This document shows, in pieces, positions 32,342-51,365 of a stretch of DNA of 64,000 nucleotides. The notes under the pieces are model-generated. The model searched no databases. It was not told the origin of the DNA and saw nothing but the letters and a program-made list of their open reading frames with translations. The DNA is from the human T2T-CHM13v2.0 reference genome, Homo sapiens. The DNA lies in the NCBI GenBank assembly GCA_009914755.4, contig CP068257.2, forward strand, positions 23,936,001-24,000,000, written 5' to 3'. How positions within the stretch are numbered: position 1 is the stretch's first letter; each line of letters opens with the position of its first letter. A program made the position numbers and the translations under genes.

Positions 32342-32631
32342 AGGTTTCATGGCTCACTCTTGTAATCCCAGCACTGTAGAGTGGCTGAAGTGAGCAGATC
32401 CTTTGAGCTCAGGAGATGGAGACCAGTCTGGATAACATGGCAAAACCCTGTCTCTACAAAACAAATACAAAAAATCAGCTGGGTGTGGTGGTACTTGGGA
32501 GGCTGAGGTGGGAGAATCACCTGAGCCCAGGAAGTCGAGGCTGTAGTGAGCTGTGATTGCACCACTGCACTCTGGCCTAAATGACAGAGTGAGATCCTGT
32601 TCCAAAAGAAAAAAAAAAAAATCCAGTAACA
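32342..32631 (+). mobile_element. Alu (old, AluJ-like, sense)
   Basis: ggtttcatggctcactcttgtaatcccagcactgtagagtggctgaagtgagcagatcctttgagctcaggag ... A13. Confidence 0.9.
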
Positions 32632-33679
32632 CAGTAATTTTCCCAAGATCGCAAAGATTATCTGGGGCTTAAACTCAGATCTGGCTGTCTCCAAACCCTA
32701 TACTTTCTTTGTTCTCAAATTCATATGCTTTTTAAATCCAAATATTTGATTTTACATTTTCAAATCATTATACATTTACTTGTTGGGAAATTTTGTCTTT
32801 TAATGTAAAGGTGCCTAAGGAAAAGTTTCACTCTCAGTTCTTTTCTTGATTCACAAGTTCTTACCAAAACCCCACACAGGATACCACTGTTGAGAGTTCT
32901 TGATGCCTCTATCAGCTACCCCATTATTATGCCTCTATCAGTATCCCCATAAGATAGAGGAACATAACCTCTATCTTATGTTCCTCCTACTGACCCAACA
33001 TGCAAGATACCAAACATATGGTTCTGTGCCTCACAAAGCTGTACTTTTAATCAGTTTGTGTTAGTCCAGATACTCTGAAGAACAGATACCAAGACAGAGG
33101 TAAGTATGCAAGGAATTAGTTAGGAGAAATGTTTGTAAGGGAAAAGGGGAAGGTGGCCAGGTAAGGCTGACTCCATGTGAAGAAGAGAAGGAAGGAAAAT
33201 TGAATGAACGCATTCTTGACCACCAGTGCAGTCTAATAAAGTTTCAGCAAGATCATTAGGTAAATCCCCAAAGCCAAAGTGGGCATGCCTCAGTGTCCCC
33301 ACTGTGCTCAGTCTTTGGCTGGGAGCAGCCCCTGGGAAGCAGGAAGCATGTTTGCCTCAAAGCAAACATGTTATTTCAGAGTTCAGCAGCTGGGGCCCTG
33401 GGTCAGTTACACTGCCTGTAATTGAAGGTCTAGGAAGCATACAAATAAGCTGTATTTTGGGAATCAAATAATTGCAGAAGCATTTGACATGCATTTTACG
33501 TGTCTACATAATAAAAACACATTTGTATCAATTATCGCACATCAGGGGTCAACACCCTCTACTTCCACCTGAGGACAAATTGCTGTGAAATAACAAGAGA
33601 TGAATAGGCAGGTGTAACACATGGATTTTTTTTTCTCTTGGTATGTGATGTCATGAGGCTAAATGGTACCTTTATTTCT

Positions 33680-33716
33680 TTATATATATATATACGTATA
33701 TATATACGTATATATA
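33680..33716. repeat. TA-rich microsatellite (tatatatacg)n at the 3' tail of the L1
   Basis: tatatatatatatacgtatatatatacgtatatatac. Confidence 0.85.
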
Positions 33717-35105
33717 CTTTAAGTTCTAGGGTACATGTGCACAACATGCAGGTTTGTTACATCGGTATACATGTGCCATATTGGTTTGCTGTGCCCATCA
33801 ACTTGTCATTTACATTAGGTATTTCTCCTAACGCTATCCCTCCCCCAGCCCCCTACACCCTAACAGGCCCCAGTGTGTGATGTTCCCCTCCCTGTGTCCA
33901 TGTGTTCTCATTGTTCAACTCCGACTTATGAGTGAGAACACAGTGTTTAGCTTTCTGTCCTTGTGATATTTTGTTGAGAATGATGGTTTCCAGCTTCATC
34001 CATGTCCCTGCAAAGGACATGAACTCATCCTTTTTTATGGCTGCTTAGTATTCCATGGTGTATATGTGCCACATTTTCTTTATCCAGTCTATTATTGATG
34101 GACATTTGGGTTGGTTCCAAGTCTTTGCTATAGCGAATAGTCCTGCAATAAACATACATGTGCATGTGTCTTTATAGTAGCATGATTTATAATCCTTTGG
34201 GTATATACCCAGTAATGGCATTGCTGGGTCAAATGGTATTTAAAGTTGTAGATCCTTGAGGAATCGCCACACTGTCTTCCACAATGGCTGAACTAATTTA
34301 CACTCCCATCAACACTATAAAAGTGTTCCTATTTCTCCACATCCTCTCCAGCATCTGTTGTTTCCTGACTTTTTAATGATCGCCATTCTAATTGGCTTGA
34401 GATAGTATCTCATAGTGGTTTTGATTTGCATTTCTCTGATGACCAGTGATGATGAGCATTTTTTCATATGTCTGTTGGCTGCATAAATGTCTTCTTTTGA
34501 GAAGTATCTGTTCATATCCTTTGTCCACTTTTTGATGGGGTTTGTTCTTGTAAATTTGTTTAAGTTCTTTGTAGATTCTGGATCTTAGCCTTTTGTCAGA
34601 TGGGTAGATTGTGAAAATTTCCGCCGTTCTGTAGGTTGCCTGTTCACTCTGATGATAGTTTCTTTTGCTGTGCAGAAGCTCTTTAGTTTAATTAGATCCC
34701 ATTTGTCAATTTTGGCTTTTGTTGCCATTGCTTTTGGTGTTTTAGTCATGAAGTCCTTGCCCATGCCTATGTCCTGAATGGTATTGCCTAGGTTTTCTTC
34801 TAGGGTTTTTATGGTTTTAGGTCTTACATTTAAGTCGTTAATCCATCTTGAGTTAATTTTTGTATAAGGTGTAAGGAAGGAATCCAGTTTCAGCTTTCTA
34901 CATCCAGTTTTCCCAGCACCATTTATTAAATAGGGAATCATTTCCCCATTGCTTGTTTTTGTCAGGTTTGTCAAAGATGAGATGGTTGTAGATGTGTGGT
35001 GTTATTCTGAGGCCTCCATTCTGTTCCATTGGTCTACATATCTGTTTTGGTAGTGGTACTTTTATTTCAACATTATTCCTTATCAACTCTGTTGTGAGCT
35101 GAGGG
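33714..35105 (-). mobile_element. Young L1 (L1PA-type) 3' fragment: ORF2 C-terminal part plus 3'UTR, antisense
   Basis: Begins with tatactttaagttctagggtacatgtgcacaacatgcaggtttgttac, the reverse complement of the L1PA 3' terminus. It continues through ccagtaatggcattgctgggtcaaatgg ... ttgtgaaaatttccgccgttctgtaggttgcc. ORF-track peptides at 34585..34974 and 34315..34515 (-) are L1 ORF2p segments. It is 5'-truncated and not intact. Confidence 0.9.
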
Positions 35106-35111
35106 GGCAAT

Positions 35112-35116
<5 letters not shown>

Positions 35117-35149
<33 letters not shown>

Positions 35150-35150
35150 C
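35117..35150. repeat. (GT)n microsatellite
   Basis: (gt)14 followed by gcgagcgcac. Confidence 0.9.
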
Positions 35151-35699
35151 GCACATAGGGGTGGAGGGGGTGAGAGGGTTCTGGAAAAATGAAAGGCAGA
35201 TGAATACAAAGATATATACATAATCTACTCCTTCAGCTATCATTTATCATTTCTCCTCAAACCATCTCTTTCTTATCAGAAATTTCCTAATAGTAAGGGG
35301 AGAACCAAGGATACAGATCACAGATAGACTTTCTTGTACAAAATATTTTTGTTTCATTCACAGAAAATATAATGTATGTACATATATGTATATATATGAA
35401 TTGTGTTAATTTTTATGTTTCCAACCCTCATTAATAAGTACTAAATAATGTTTATTTAAAATGTTGATGATACGGTAAGTGTTGAAAATTATAAATATCA
35501 CAACTTGAAGAGATAGTACAGATCATAATTTCACTCCCTTCTTTTAATAGGTAGAGAAGATGAATCACAGAAAGGCTAGTATTTGTCTCAAGGTCATATA
35601 AATGCTAGTATAGCATCTGGGGTCACTGGAAACGCCAGAGAATGCAGAAAATGCCAGGACTCCTGAAATTGGCATGTGGTCCTTAAAATGCTCTGAATC

Positions 35700-36075
<376 letters not shown>

Positions 36076-36690
36076 CTAAATCATCCCACCCTGCAGCAGT
36101 CACACCAAATCCTTCATTTCATAGCTTTGTGAACACTGCAAGAATTCGGCTCCTATTCTTAGAAAGTCAAAGAAGTGCTAATCCCTCAAACACATGTTAA
36201 TATGGATTTTCTTTGATGAAAAGGAACAAATACATTCTTCAAAAGTAAACTTCTCCCTGGTCCCTCATCCTATTTCAGAGCAAGAAAGCCTATTAGACTA
36301 ACAGCAAGCTCATTCAGAGTCTTTTAGAGGTGGGGGTGCTCATGGTTCCTTGGGAGTAGAGTTAGAGTTGATTAAGGTATCCTCTTTTGGTCAAACAAGA
36401 TGCTTTCCTTCAGAACCCCTTCCCCTTAATTATATGTAATTTTTTTCCTATTCCTTCATTGTTGTTTGAAATTCCCAGCCTGGTCTGCCTTATTCCTTGT
36501 CTCTTAGTTTTGACACTTGCCTGCCTTCCCTCCCCTCCCCACCATCCAATCTTGACCTATCCTGGGAAGAAGACACAGATGGGTCCTGATCACCCAAAAG
36601 CCACCTGCACCCACTGACTAACTCCTGAAATGTGGTATAGTGAGGGGGAAAAGCCTAGGTTTGATCCCAGCTCTCTCGCCTTTGTCCATA

Positions 36691-36696
<6 letters not shown>

Positions 36697-36722
<26 letters not shown>
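36697..36722. repeat. (CT)n microsatellite
   Basis: (ct)13. Confidence 0.9.
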
Positions 36723-38079
36723 GATGTACACTTAGGATATTTAAAGTATTTTGCTGCAGTGAGCATCTGTCTATGTAATATCTGTGCACTGGTGTAAGTA
36801 TTTCTTCAGAAGAGGTTGCTAGCAATGGAACTGCTTGGTCAAGGTTACATGCATATGACATTTTGATAGAGACTGCCAAGTGTCCATCAAAGTCGTTACC
36901 ACACAAGACACAGCAGAAATATGTTTCTTTTAGATAGCACTTGTGAATATTATCCTGGTGATAAAAGGCGACACCTTCATGCATCTTTGCGTTTGTGACT
37001 AAAGTCCAGAGTCACACCCTCTAATCTTCCACCTTTTTTGTTTCATATTCAAGACCTTGTCAAACCTAGCCTGGCACTTATCTATTGGGGTCATCACAGA
37101 AAATGCAAACCCAGAGCCCGTAATTTCAACTTCTTGTCAATCTCTCATCCAAAGGGCTGGATTTTATCTCTAAATCCTGTTATTACCTTTTCCACCACAC
37201 AATTGCATATCTTTAATTAGAATGAGTTTATCCAGCTGGACCTTTCTTAGTACTTTCCTCTTGATTCCCTGTCTCCTAATTGTTTTTACATTTTTTTTGT
37301 TGTTTTACATTCCACAAACAATGTAGTCTCCCTATCAAAATTCAAACTAAGAATATTTAGGGAGTAAAGCATGAAAGTCTTCCTTCTTAATCTTTTTGTA
37401 CTATCTATATGTCTATAGCTATATCTCAAATATTATTTTGTAATCCATTATTTAATATCTAACTGTTCCATACTGATGGTATTTGGATTGCTCAAATAAA
37501 TCCCCAAATAGAAGTGGTAAGGCAATGAAATATAAGGACAAGAAGAATAAAGAAAAAATAACTCCCTGAACAATTCTCTCTGTGACAACTGTGGGAGTAT
37601 TTTGATAACTGTTGGCAACAGGACACTGCATGTGATGTGGGGAAGGAAACCTTGGCATTCAAACAAGCAAATGGTTTGGCGACAGTTTATTAAATTTCTG
37701 CCATGCTTGCAAATGCCAGTAGCAATTTCTCAGACTGCAGAATTGCTACACGTGTCAGGTTTGAGACTGTTTCACAATCGTCATCAAATAATTCATCCTT
37801 CAAAATTAAAAATTATATGAACTCTTTGAGTAATCGTCACTTCTAAAACAAATGTTTTACTGGAGTTTATGGATTTCACTTGCGCATTTTGAACACTTCT
37901 GTGCCATAGAATGAAGATAAGCAAAGCATCCAGGTAACACTATATGTAATTTAGTCTTACCGGGAGATTTCTATCAGACTATTAAATCTTCTTCAGACAA
38001 AAATAGTCCCCGTTTCTTCTTACATTTATAGCTACAAACGCCCACCTTTTAAAAGACTTCAGCATTACACTTTAAGGAG

Positions 38080-39915
<1,836 letters not shown>

Positions 39916-41711
39916 TTCTGACCTGTCTGGCTGGCCTTCTGAGAGGATGCCTAATTCCTAGTCCGTTAATCATGACGCTTGCCTCTTCCCATCAATCTTG
40001 ACATGCCTGGGGAGAAGACACAGCTGGGTTCTGACCACCAAAAACTAGCTGAATGCAACCATCATGAACTGCCTCTGAGTGTCTAATATAACATAGGCTG
40101 CAGAGCCAAGCTGCCTACATGCAAATCCCTGCTCTCCACTTCTTGGCCTTGTAACTTTAGGCAAGTTCATTTCCACTTCATGCTTCCAATTAATCATATG
40201 AAAAACTGCATTAATAATAATACCTGCTTCATAGCATTTGGGGATGACTAAAGCACTTAATGCGTAGATGGCATTTAGCACACTATCAGGTCGTTCAATA
40301 AAGCAGGTTATTGCTACTGCAACTAGCCTCTTCATACCCTGGAGGCTGATTCTAACCCAGATTTTTGGGTGACTTTTTACTCTACTTCACATGGGAATGG
40401 CAGAAGTCACCTTCACTAGACTCTCTAATGCAGCAACAGGCACTAGACTTCTTTGCTATGCCATGAATTGGCAGCACAGCCATTTGGGCATGGGAAGCAA
40501 GTTAGCACATAACCACAGTTAAATGCAATTATATGTGTTTTTTAATTTTACAATTTTCTGAATCAAGTGTGTATCAACTAAAGGGACAGTTATTACCTCA
40601 TTCTTAGAAAAACAACTGTATTATGGTTTACTAGAGAAACAAACCAATAGATCATATGGATTTAGATGATATAAATGTAATAAATCTGTAATAGAGAGAT
40701 TTATTATAAGGAATTGGCTCATGCAAGTATAGAGTCTGAGAAGTCCTATAATCTGCAGTTGGCAAGCTGGAGACACAGCAAAGGAGTTGGTATAGCTCCA
40801 GTCTCAATCTGAAGACTGACAGCCAGGGGACTGATGGTGTAAGTCCCTGTCTGAGGGAAGAAAACCAATGTCTGTGCTCAAGCAGTCAGGCAGACAGAGT
40901 GACTTGTCCCTTCCTCCGATTTTGTTCTAGTCATGACCTCAATGGATTGGATGGTGCCCACCCACACTGGGGAAAGCAATCTGTTTTACTCAGTCAACTG
41001 ATTCAAATATTCATCTCTTCCAGAAACAGCCTCACAGACACACCCAGAAATAATGTCTAATCAGATATCTGGGAACCCGTGACCCAGTCAAATTGACACA
41101 TAAAATTAACTATCACAGGTCTACCCCTTGTCAACTTGGCATTCATACACTTCTCCTTAACCCATACTTAATCTTCAAATAAAAACATTAACAAGATTAT
41201 AATTCCACCTAACATGATTCAACTGTTTTGTGTACAATTGAAAATGCACTAACTCCTTCCACAGAAGAGATGACGTCCTTGAGTGGTGCTTATTCTTCTT
41301 GATATCCCAAAAATTAAATACTAAGATGAGAAGTAACAGTACTTAAGTACTAGGAAGTCAAGTCATTATTCTTATATTACATGATAAGGGAATGAGAGGA
41401 AAGCAAACAATGATATTTGATATGTACATGTACACATACACATATAGATATGGATATGTATGTGTATATATACAACAAAATATTTACAATAAAATAAGGA
41501 GGAAATACTCATGATAACCATGGTCCTCATTTCTGTAATGGTCACATAGCCATAGTTGGTATTTATAACTACCTTCCTCCACTACCCCATCTATATTTTC
41601 TTGCCTTCAGCAATCACCTCAGCTGGTTCTTTGCCTTGTAGAGTGACTCAAAACTTCATTCCTAAAGGGACTAGGCCAGTAGTTGTCCTGCACGGGTTGG
41701 ATTATTATAGT

Positions 41712-41867
41712 TTTCTTTTTTTATAATTTTTATTTTTTCGTAGAGATGGGGTCTAGCTATGTGGCCCAGGCTGGTCTTGAACTCCTGGCCTCCAGTGATC
41801 CTCCCACCTTGGCCTCCTAAAGTGCTGGGATTACAGACATGAGTCACTGCTCCTGGCCTGTTGTTGC
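41712..41867 (-). mobile_element. Partial Alu (antisense, left-arm-equivalent portion)
   Basis: tagagatggggtctagctatgtggcccaggctggtcttgaactcctggcctccagtgatcctcccaccttggcctcctaaagtgctgggattacagacatgagtcactgctcctggcc. Confidence 0.85.
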
Positions 41868-41894
41868 AGTTTTCCGTTGGCTGTAATCACAAGG

Positions 41895-44400
<2,506 letters not shown>

Positions 44401-46029
44401 TTGAAAAAAAAAGCAGGGAGTGTGTTTGCAATTCCAGTTTTCAACTTTTCACTTACTTACAATCTGATTGCTGTTTGTGCAATTTGGGTGAATTTCCCTG
44501 TTGGTAGAAATCATCTCTGATAACCATGGATTTTATTCTCATCCCTTTCCTCTGCAATCTAAAATATTTTGACACCAGAAGGCCCTGAAGGTACAAGTAA
44601 GTTGCATGAAAATCAACCCAGTGTGCTCTTGCATGAATAAAAAATTTCCATCATTCTGTCAATGAGAACTTGAGAATCTAGGTGGTGATATATAACACAT
44701 GGCCCAAATGTTGATAACTGATTATTTAATTTACAAACAGGCTGGCTGGCTGATTTTTACTTGCCCCAGTTTCATGACACCCCGTAATAGTTTAGAGCAG
44801 TGGTTCTCAAGCTTTTTTCATTATATCCCCCACCCAAGTAACGTTTTTAGACCTTTTCCTAATCTCCCCCGTGACATTTTAATGCAGTTGATCAATGATA
44901 TATCTGTTTATGTACTGTATATGTATCTGTGTTTTAAAGATTAAAAGAGTAAGCTTTTTCTTCAACCCTCAACAGAATAATTTTCTTTCCCTTGGGAAAA
45001 TATTGCCCCTGCTTGAGAATGCATGGCCCAAAATAGGTATCCAGATTTGATGCAGTAAGAAAATGTAGGATGAACAATCTTCCTCAAACGTGGCTCTTCT
45101 TTGCAGCTTGTTATTTTCAGTAGCAGAAAAGGAGGTAGCTATTTTATTACATTTGAATATTGCCTTGCTGTTCCGTGTGGTCCACGATCACCAGCACCTG
45201 GGAGATTGCTAGAAATGCAGGATCCCAGCCTCACCTTGTCCTGCTGAATCCAAATCTGCATTTTAACAAGACTCTCTGTTGATTCCGATGCATGTTGAAG
45301 CCTGAGAAGCACTGGTTGAGAGTTCAGTCCCCTGCTCAGTTGGAAAACATTAAGTGTAACTTAGTGTGAATAGAAAAAAATAGGCATAGGCCCTAAAACC
45401 AATGTTTAAGTCTCCCCATCCCTTTCTCTCAAGTCCTCACCAATACCCCAAGTTTCTTTCTTAAAAGTCATCAGTATTACTTTTCCAACTTAGACCTGAG
45501 TGTATTTTGTTTGTGTGTGTGAGAAAGGTTAATTTTATTTACTTCTCCTAAGCAAGCAAGGGAAAGGGCCCGTGGAGTTTCACCCTGCTAGCTCCTCTGC
45601 TTCTTTCCTTGTGCTCTTCTATTCTAAAAAGCAGGGACCTTAGATTCAGTTGGACAGAGCAAGATAAAAACAAGAAAGAACACAAATTTCTGTTTTTCTC
45701 CCCAATAAATTGGACTTTCAACTCTCAGTCAAGACCTCTTTAAAGTTAAACTTATTTTAATAGTGATCATTTCTCTTGGATCAAGTGAATAAGTGGACCC
45801 AGGAACACAATAAAGAGATTTTCTCTATTTTTGCTATTTTGAAGAGCCAGCAAGTTAGTGCAGGGAAGAGGGTATAGAATTAACTCAATATACTTGGGCC
45901 CTTATTTATGAAGATGAGGTTAACTTATTAATTTTTTTATGTATGTGAAATTTTGAAATATGTGTGAAACATTTCAACCATACAGAAAAAGCAGAAAAAA
46001 TAGTGTAACAAATTCTAGATACTCACACC

Positions 46030-46400
46030 TAGTACTATGGTCTGAATATTTGTGTTTCCCCAAAATTCAGATGTTGGAACCTAATCCCCAATGTGCTGGT
46101 ACCAGGAGATGGGACCTTAGGGAGGTGATTAGGTCATGAGGGTAGATCCCTCATGAATGGGATTAGAGCTCGTATAAAAGAGCCAGAGGGCACCCTCTCC
46201 CCTTCCACGGTGTAAGGACTCGGTGAGAGGCATTATCCGTGAATCAGAAAATGGGCCCTAGCCAGACACTGCATCTGCTGGCAACCCTTTGATCTTGGAC
46301 TTCCCAACCTCTAGAACTGTGAGAAATACATTCCTGTTGTTTATAAGCCACCCAGTTTATGGTATTTCCTTATAGCAACCTGAACAAACTACAGCACATA
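46030..46400 (+). mobile_element. Ancient interspersed repeat (non-LINE/SINE, LTR/MER-like; family name not recalled), copy 1
   Basis: tatggtctgaatatttgtgtttccccaaaattcagatgttggaacctaatccccaatgtgctggtaccaggagatgggaccttagggaggtgattaggtcatgagggtagatccctcatgaatgggattag ... gacttcccaacctctagaactgtgagaaatacattcctgttgtttataagccacccagtttatggtatttccttatagcaacctgaac. The same family occurs in reverse orientation at 50450-51160 and 53160-53300. Confidence 0.6.
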
Positions 46401-47054
46401 GGTTAGCAATTTGCCACATTTTGCTGCTTCTTTATTTTTCTGAAGTATTTTAATATAAATTATGGATAGTATGACATTTCACTTCTAATTCTACAGTGCG
46501 TATGTTTTTTTTAAGTAACTTTTTTATAAAAGATGAGTTTTAATTAACTAAAACTGTTGAGTTTAAAACTACAGGGATTTCCAGTAGCAAAAAGCTTCCA
46601 TTATTCTTCCTATTGCTTTTTCTCCTAATAGCAAAGGTCAAGAAAAGAACTTGAACCTGCTAGAATTGTTCCAAGTACCAGCTGAGGCTTTATTCTTTGG
46701 TGTTTCAAAAAAAGCCTTGACAGTAGAAAGCTAAATTCTCTTTCATCATAAACCATTGATAAACTGTGGTCAAGTTGGGCCAAAAGCCAAATCCTTCCTC
46801 ACTGAAAAAAATGCTGTGGAAAGATTTCGCTAAATAACAGTAGCTCTTTCTTAACTAAGAATCTCAGTTAATATTTTGGTGCTTTTAAATGCAGAAAGAG
46901 GAAAGGGAGGGTAGAAAAAAGTGATAAAAGGAGAATCAGAAGAGAGAAAAGAAACAGATGATCTTATGAATCCCCAATTTATATCCCCCAATTAAGGCAT
47001 CTCTTTCTTCTGTCTCCCTATATCCCTTTCTATTCTAACATTATTGACCCACTA

Positions 47055-47383
<329 letters not shown>

Positions 47384-47539
47384 ACTTTAAACAGAGACAG
47401 GGAGAAAATGTGTTCCAGTTCAGTGGCCGGGGGCAGTAAAGAAAAAAATAGCTGTAGTAGCTGAGTCCAGGTCGCTTACCATTTTGACATCTTTCCAGCC
47501 CTAGTATATGGTTTTGCTATTAGGAGAATTGCTTAATCT

Positions 47540-47831
47540 GGCTGGGTGCGGTGACTCACGCCTGTAATCCCAGCACTTTGGGAGGCCAAGGTGGGCAGAT
47601 CACTTAAGGCCAGGAATTCGAGACTAGTCTGGCCAACATGGTGAAATGCCGTCTTTACTAAAAATACAAAAATTAGCCGGGTGTGGTGGCACATGTCTGT
47701 AATCCCAGCCACTCAGGAGGCTGAGGCAGAAGAATCACTTGAATCAGGAGGTGGAGGTTGCAGTGAGCCAAGACTGTGCCACTGCACTGCAGCCTGGGAG
47801 ACAGAGGGAGACTCCATCTCAAAAAAAAAAA
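47540..47831 (+). mobile_element. Alu (sense), copy A of a tandemly duplicated Alu-plus-TSD unit
   Basis: ggctgggtgcggtgactcacgcctgtaatcccagcactttgggaggccaaggtgggcagatcacttaaggccaggaattcgagactagtctggccaacatggtgaaa ... A11. Preceded by gagaattgcttaatc at 47524-47538. Confidence 0.95.
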
Positions 47832-47846
47832 GAATTGCTTAATCCA

Positions 47847-48156
<310 letters not shown>

Positions 48157-50470
48157 TTAATCTTTGTTTCTGAATTTGCAGACTCAAACATAAGAGCAGT
48201 GTAGTTTTCTATTTGAAAATGCCTTTAAGATCACATATCTCAGTCCCATTTTCTGTATACAAGGAACCAAAGTTCCAGAGGTGTTAGGTGGCTTCTCAGA
48301 CACTGGGTCTGAGGGAAAAGCTTTTTGCTTCTGGAATGGCCAGTATATCTCTACCTTTGATTTTTAGTGCTCCAGGATGTTGAGTCCCTATCCTAGGAAG
48401 GAATGACAAGGATGGTCACTTCCGCCACAGGCCCTCACCCTGCATCCTGCTTGTTAAACATCATCCACCCCAAGGGGCATTTTCAAAGCCTCTGCTGTTC
48501 CTTGCCATTGTGTGCCCTGGCTCCAAGCCAACAGACAAGCATTTGAACTTCTGTCTCTGTGATGACGTCTAGCTTCAGGGAATCAACAGCCTGGCCTTCT
48601 TTATAATGCTAAGCTTCAAGGAAGAAAATATCTTGCAAAACTGGTCCCATTCCCAGGAGCACTCCCATCTATAAGGTGCATGGCCAGCCTTATCATTCTG
48701 TGAAACAAGGAATCATTTTAAAGGCTGTGATACAAGAAAATATCTCCTTCTTTGACTTCTCCTGAGAAACAGAAATCTTGGCTAGTGGGGTAGACAGAAT
48801 GTTGTCACTTAACAGAATATCAGTTATGAAACTAAACATTAATCTGCTGCTGTTCCAGTAAGCTACTTTTCAGTAGGGCCTAAAAGAGCATTCCAGAAAG
48901 ACTAAAATCATCCACCTGGCTTAAAGGGGGCAGATCCAAGAACACAGCGGAATTTCTAAATCTTTGGAAGTGAAAATGCATCATTCTGTTTCTTGTACAT
49001 CCAATTTTCATTGTAGCAAGGGAGATCAAGTTTATCCATGGTCTCTGACATCTTCTCAAAGATTTCTAAAGACGAAAGAATGCAGCTGATGCTGTTATTT
49101 TAGGTATAGAATTCCGTCATCATTAAGAATTTGATTAACAAAAATATATATAAATGTTTACAGCTATTCATTAGAGAAAAAATGCGTTCAGGATACATAG
49201 TAAACACCAAATAAATCATAAGCAGCCTGTTGTTGCTACGTACACTCTTATTTATCTGTCTTAAGTTGGAGTACCTAATAAATTCTGTACTTCAAAAGAA
49301 TGTCCTAAGGTCTAGATCCATAAAAAGGGCAACAATGGATTTAATCTTTTTTTTTTCTGTACCCCAGGACAAATTCACAAAAATGCAAAGGATTATTCTG
49401 AAGTTGTGTTTTTCCTTGTTGGCACAGTGGGAGAAATATTCTCTTGGCGAATAGGCAAAGTAATAGAATCAGCTACTAATAACTCAAGTATTACTGTTGC
49501 CAATTTGGCCCCATGAATGAAACACTTTAAAAACTGCCTGACTTTTTTACTAAGTACCCTGAAGAAATAATTAGACAAGGGTATAAATGTATAAGAATGT
49601 GCATCACAGCTTTAAAATGTTTAAAAAAATCAAAGTGACCTAAAAGTAAATAAAATGCAGTTTGTTCAACAAGTTATTATATCCCTACGGCCAACACAAT
49701 GGTGCCGTCAGGGCTGATGTTGCAGTAGATTGGTTAACTTGGAAAGATGGTTGTAAGAATGAAGGTAACGTGGCTGAGCTGTAGAGTAAAGCCTTCAGAT
49801 ACAGATAGACCTGGAATCATGTCCTTGTTCTGCTGTTGGCCAACTGGATGATCTGGAAATTTATCTCACTCTGACCTTCATTTCTTTCATGTGAAGAATC
49901 AAAGTTGATAATGAAAATAGAACACTTGGCACTGAGACTGGCATATTGAGATACTGAAGCTTAAAAGTACCATCGGCTTAACAAATATGCTGTTGTTTTA
50001 AAAACTTATGTACGTTATATAATCATACTCCTGTCAAATGACATATGGATTTATATATTCATCCAGTAGCCAAATATTTATTGAGCATTTATTAACAGAC
50101 AAGCACTTTGTTAGGCAAAAAGACTATATAATAACAATAAGCCAAAAATGACACAGACTTTGCCTTCAAAGAGTCCTGCTCATGACTGATTGTGATCAAT
50201 TAAGTGTGAAACCCCAGCTATAATGCAAGAGAGGAAGGGGATAATGAGAGCTTGCAAGAGTGGGGTTGGATTCAGTTGGGAAGGGCAGGGAAGTTTCCTA
50301 AAGAAATGGCAGCTAAGCAGAGGCAGAAGGATGAGTAGGCTTTGACTAGATGAGATGGATATAAATGAGGAGCAGTGCACATAACAGTTAGGCACATTGA
50401 GTCTAGAGTCAGCCAGGTGTGCTTCCAAAGCTTGCTCCAGCACTGTCTTAGTTAGTTCAGGCTGCTATAA

Positions 50471-50645
50471 CAGAATACCATAGATTGAGTGGCTTAAACA
50501 ACAAACATTTATTTCCCACAGGTGTGGGGGCTGGGAAGTCCAAGATTATACAATAGATAGAATACCATAGATTGAGTGGCTTAAACAACAAACATTTATT
50601 TCTCACAGTTGTGGGAGCTGGGAAGTCCAAAATTAATGTATTGGC
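50471..50645. repeat. Tandem duplication (2 x ~85 bp) within the 5' part of an ancient repeat
   Basis: aataccatagattgagtggcttaaacaacaaacatttatttc[c/t]cacag[g/t]tgtggg[g/a]gctgggaagtccaa[g/a]att occurs twice, at about 50474-50548 and 50563-50637. Confidence 0.85.
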
Positions 50646-50684
50646 AAATTTGGTGCCTCTGAGGATCTGTTCTCTGGTTGATAG

Positions 50685-50995
<311 letters not shown>

Positions 50996-51164
50996 ATATA
51001 AGCAGAGAGAGGAAGCAAACTCTGTGTCTCTTCTCATAAGGGCACTAATCCCATTGATAAGTGCTCTGCCATCATGACCTAATCACCTTCCAAAGGCCCC
51101 ACATCCTACTACCATCACTTTGGGGGTTAGGATTTCAACACATCAATTTTGGGGGGACACATAA

Positions 51165-51365
51165 CAACTACCCACAAGCTGTCACAACTCTGGGCCTGTT
51201 GCTCAACTTCTCTGTCCCAGTGACCTCACCTGTAAAATGGAAATAATAGTTTTCCTTATTCAATATGATTATGAGGATTAAATTCTTAAAAGACACTATG
51301 AAAAAAGCTTAGCCTAGTGCCTAATGCATAGCAACTGTTCAGTAAATGTTAGATAATACTAAAGA
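51165..51365 (+). mobile_element. MIR
   Basis: ctgtcacaactctgggcctgttgctcaacttctctgtcccagtgacctcacctgtaaaatggaaataatagttttccttattcaatatgattatgaggattaaat ... agcctagtgcctaatgcatagcaactgttcagtaaatgttag. Confidence 0.85.

Noticed and set aside
34315-34974. ORFs 34585..34974 (-) and 34315..34515 (-) with recognisable reverse-transcriptase-family C-terminal peptides
   Set aside because: They are segments of L1 ORF2p inside a 5'-truncated L1PA fragment (no ORF1, no 5'UTR, ORF2 interrupted). This is not an active element or a host gene.
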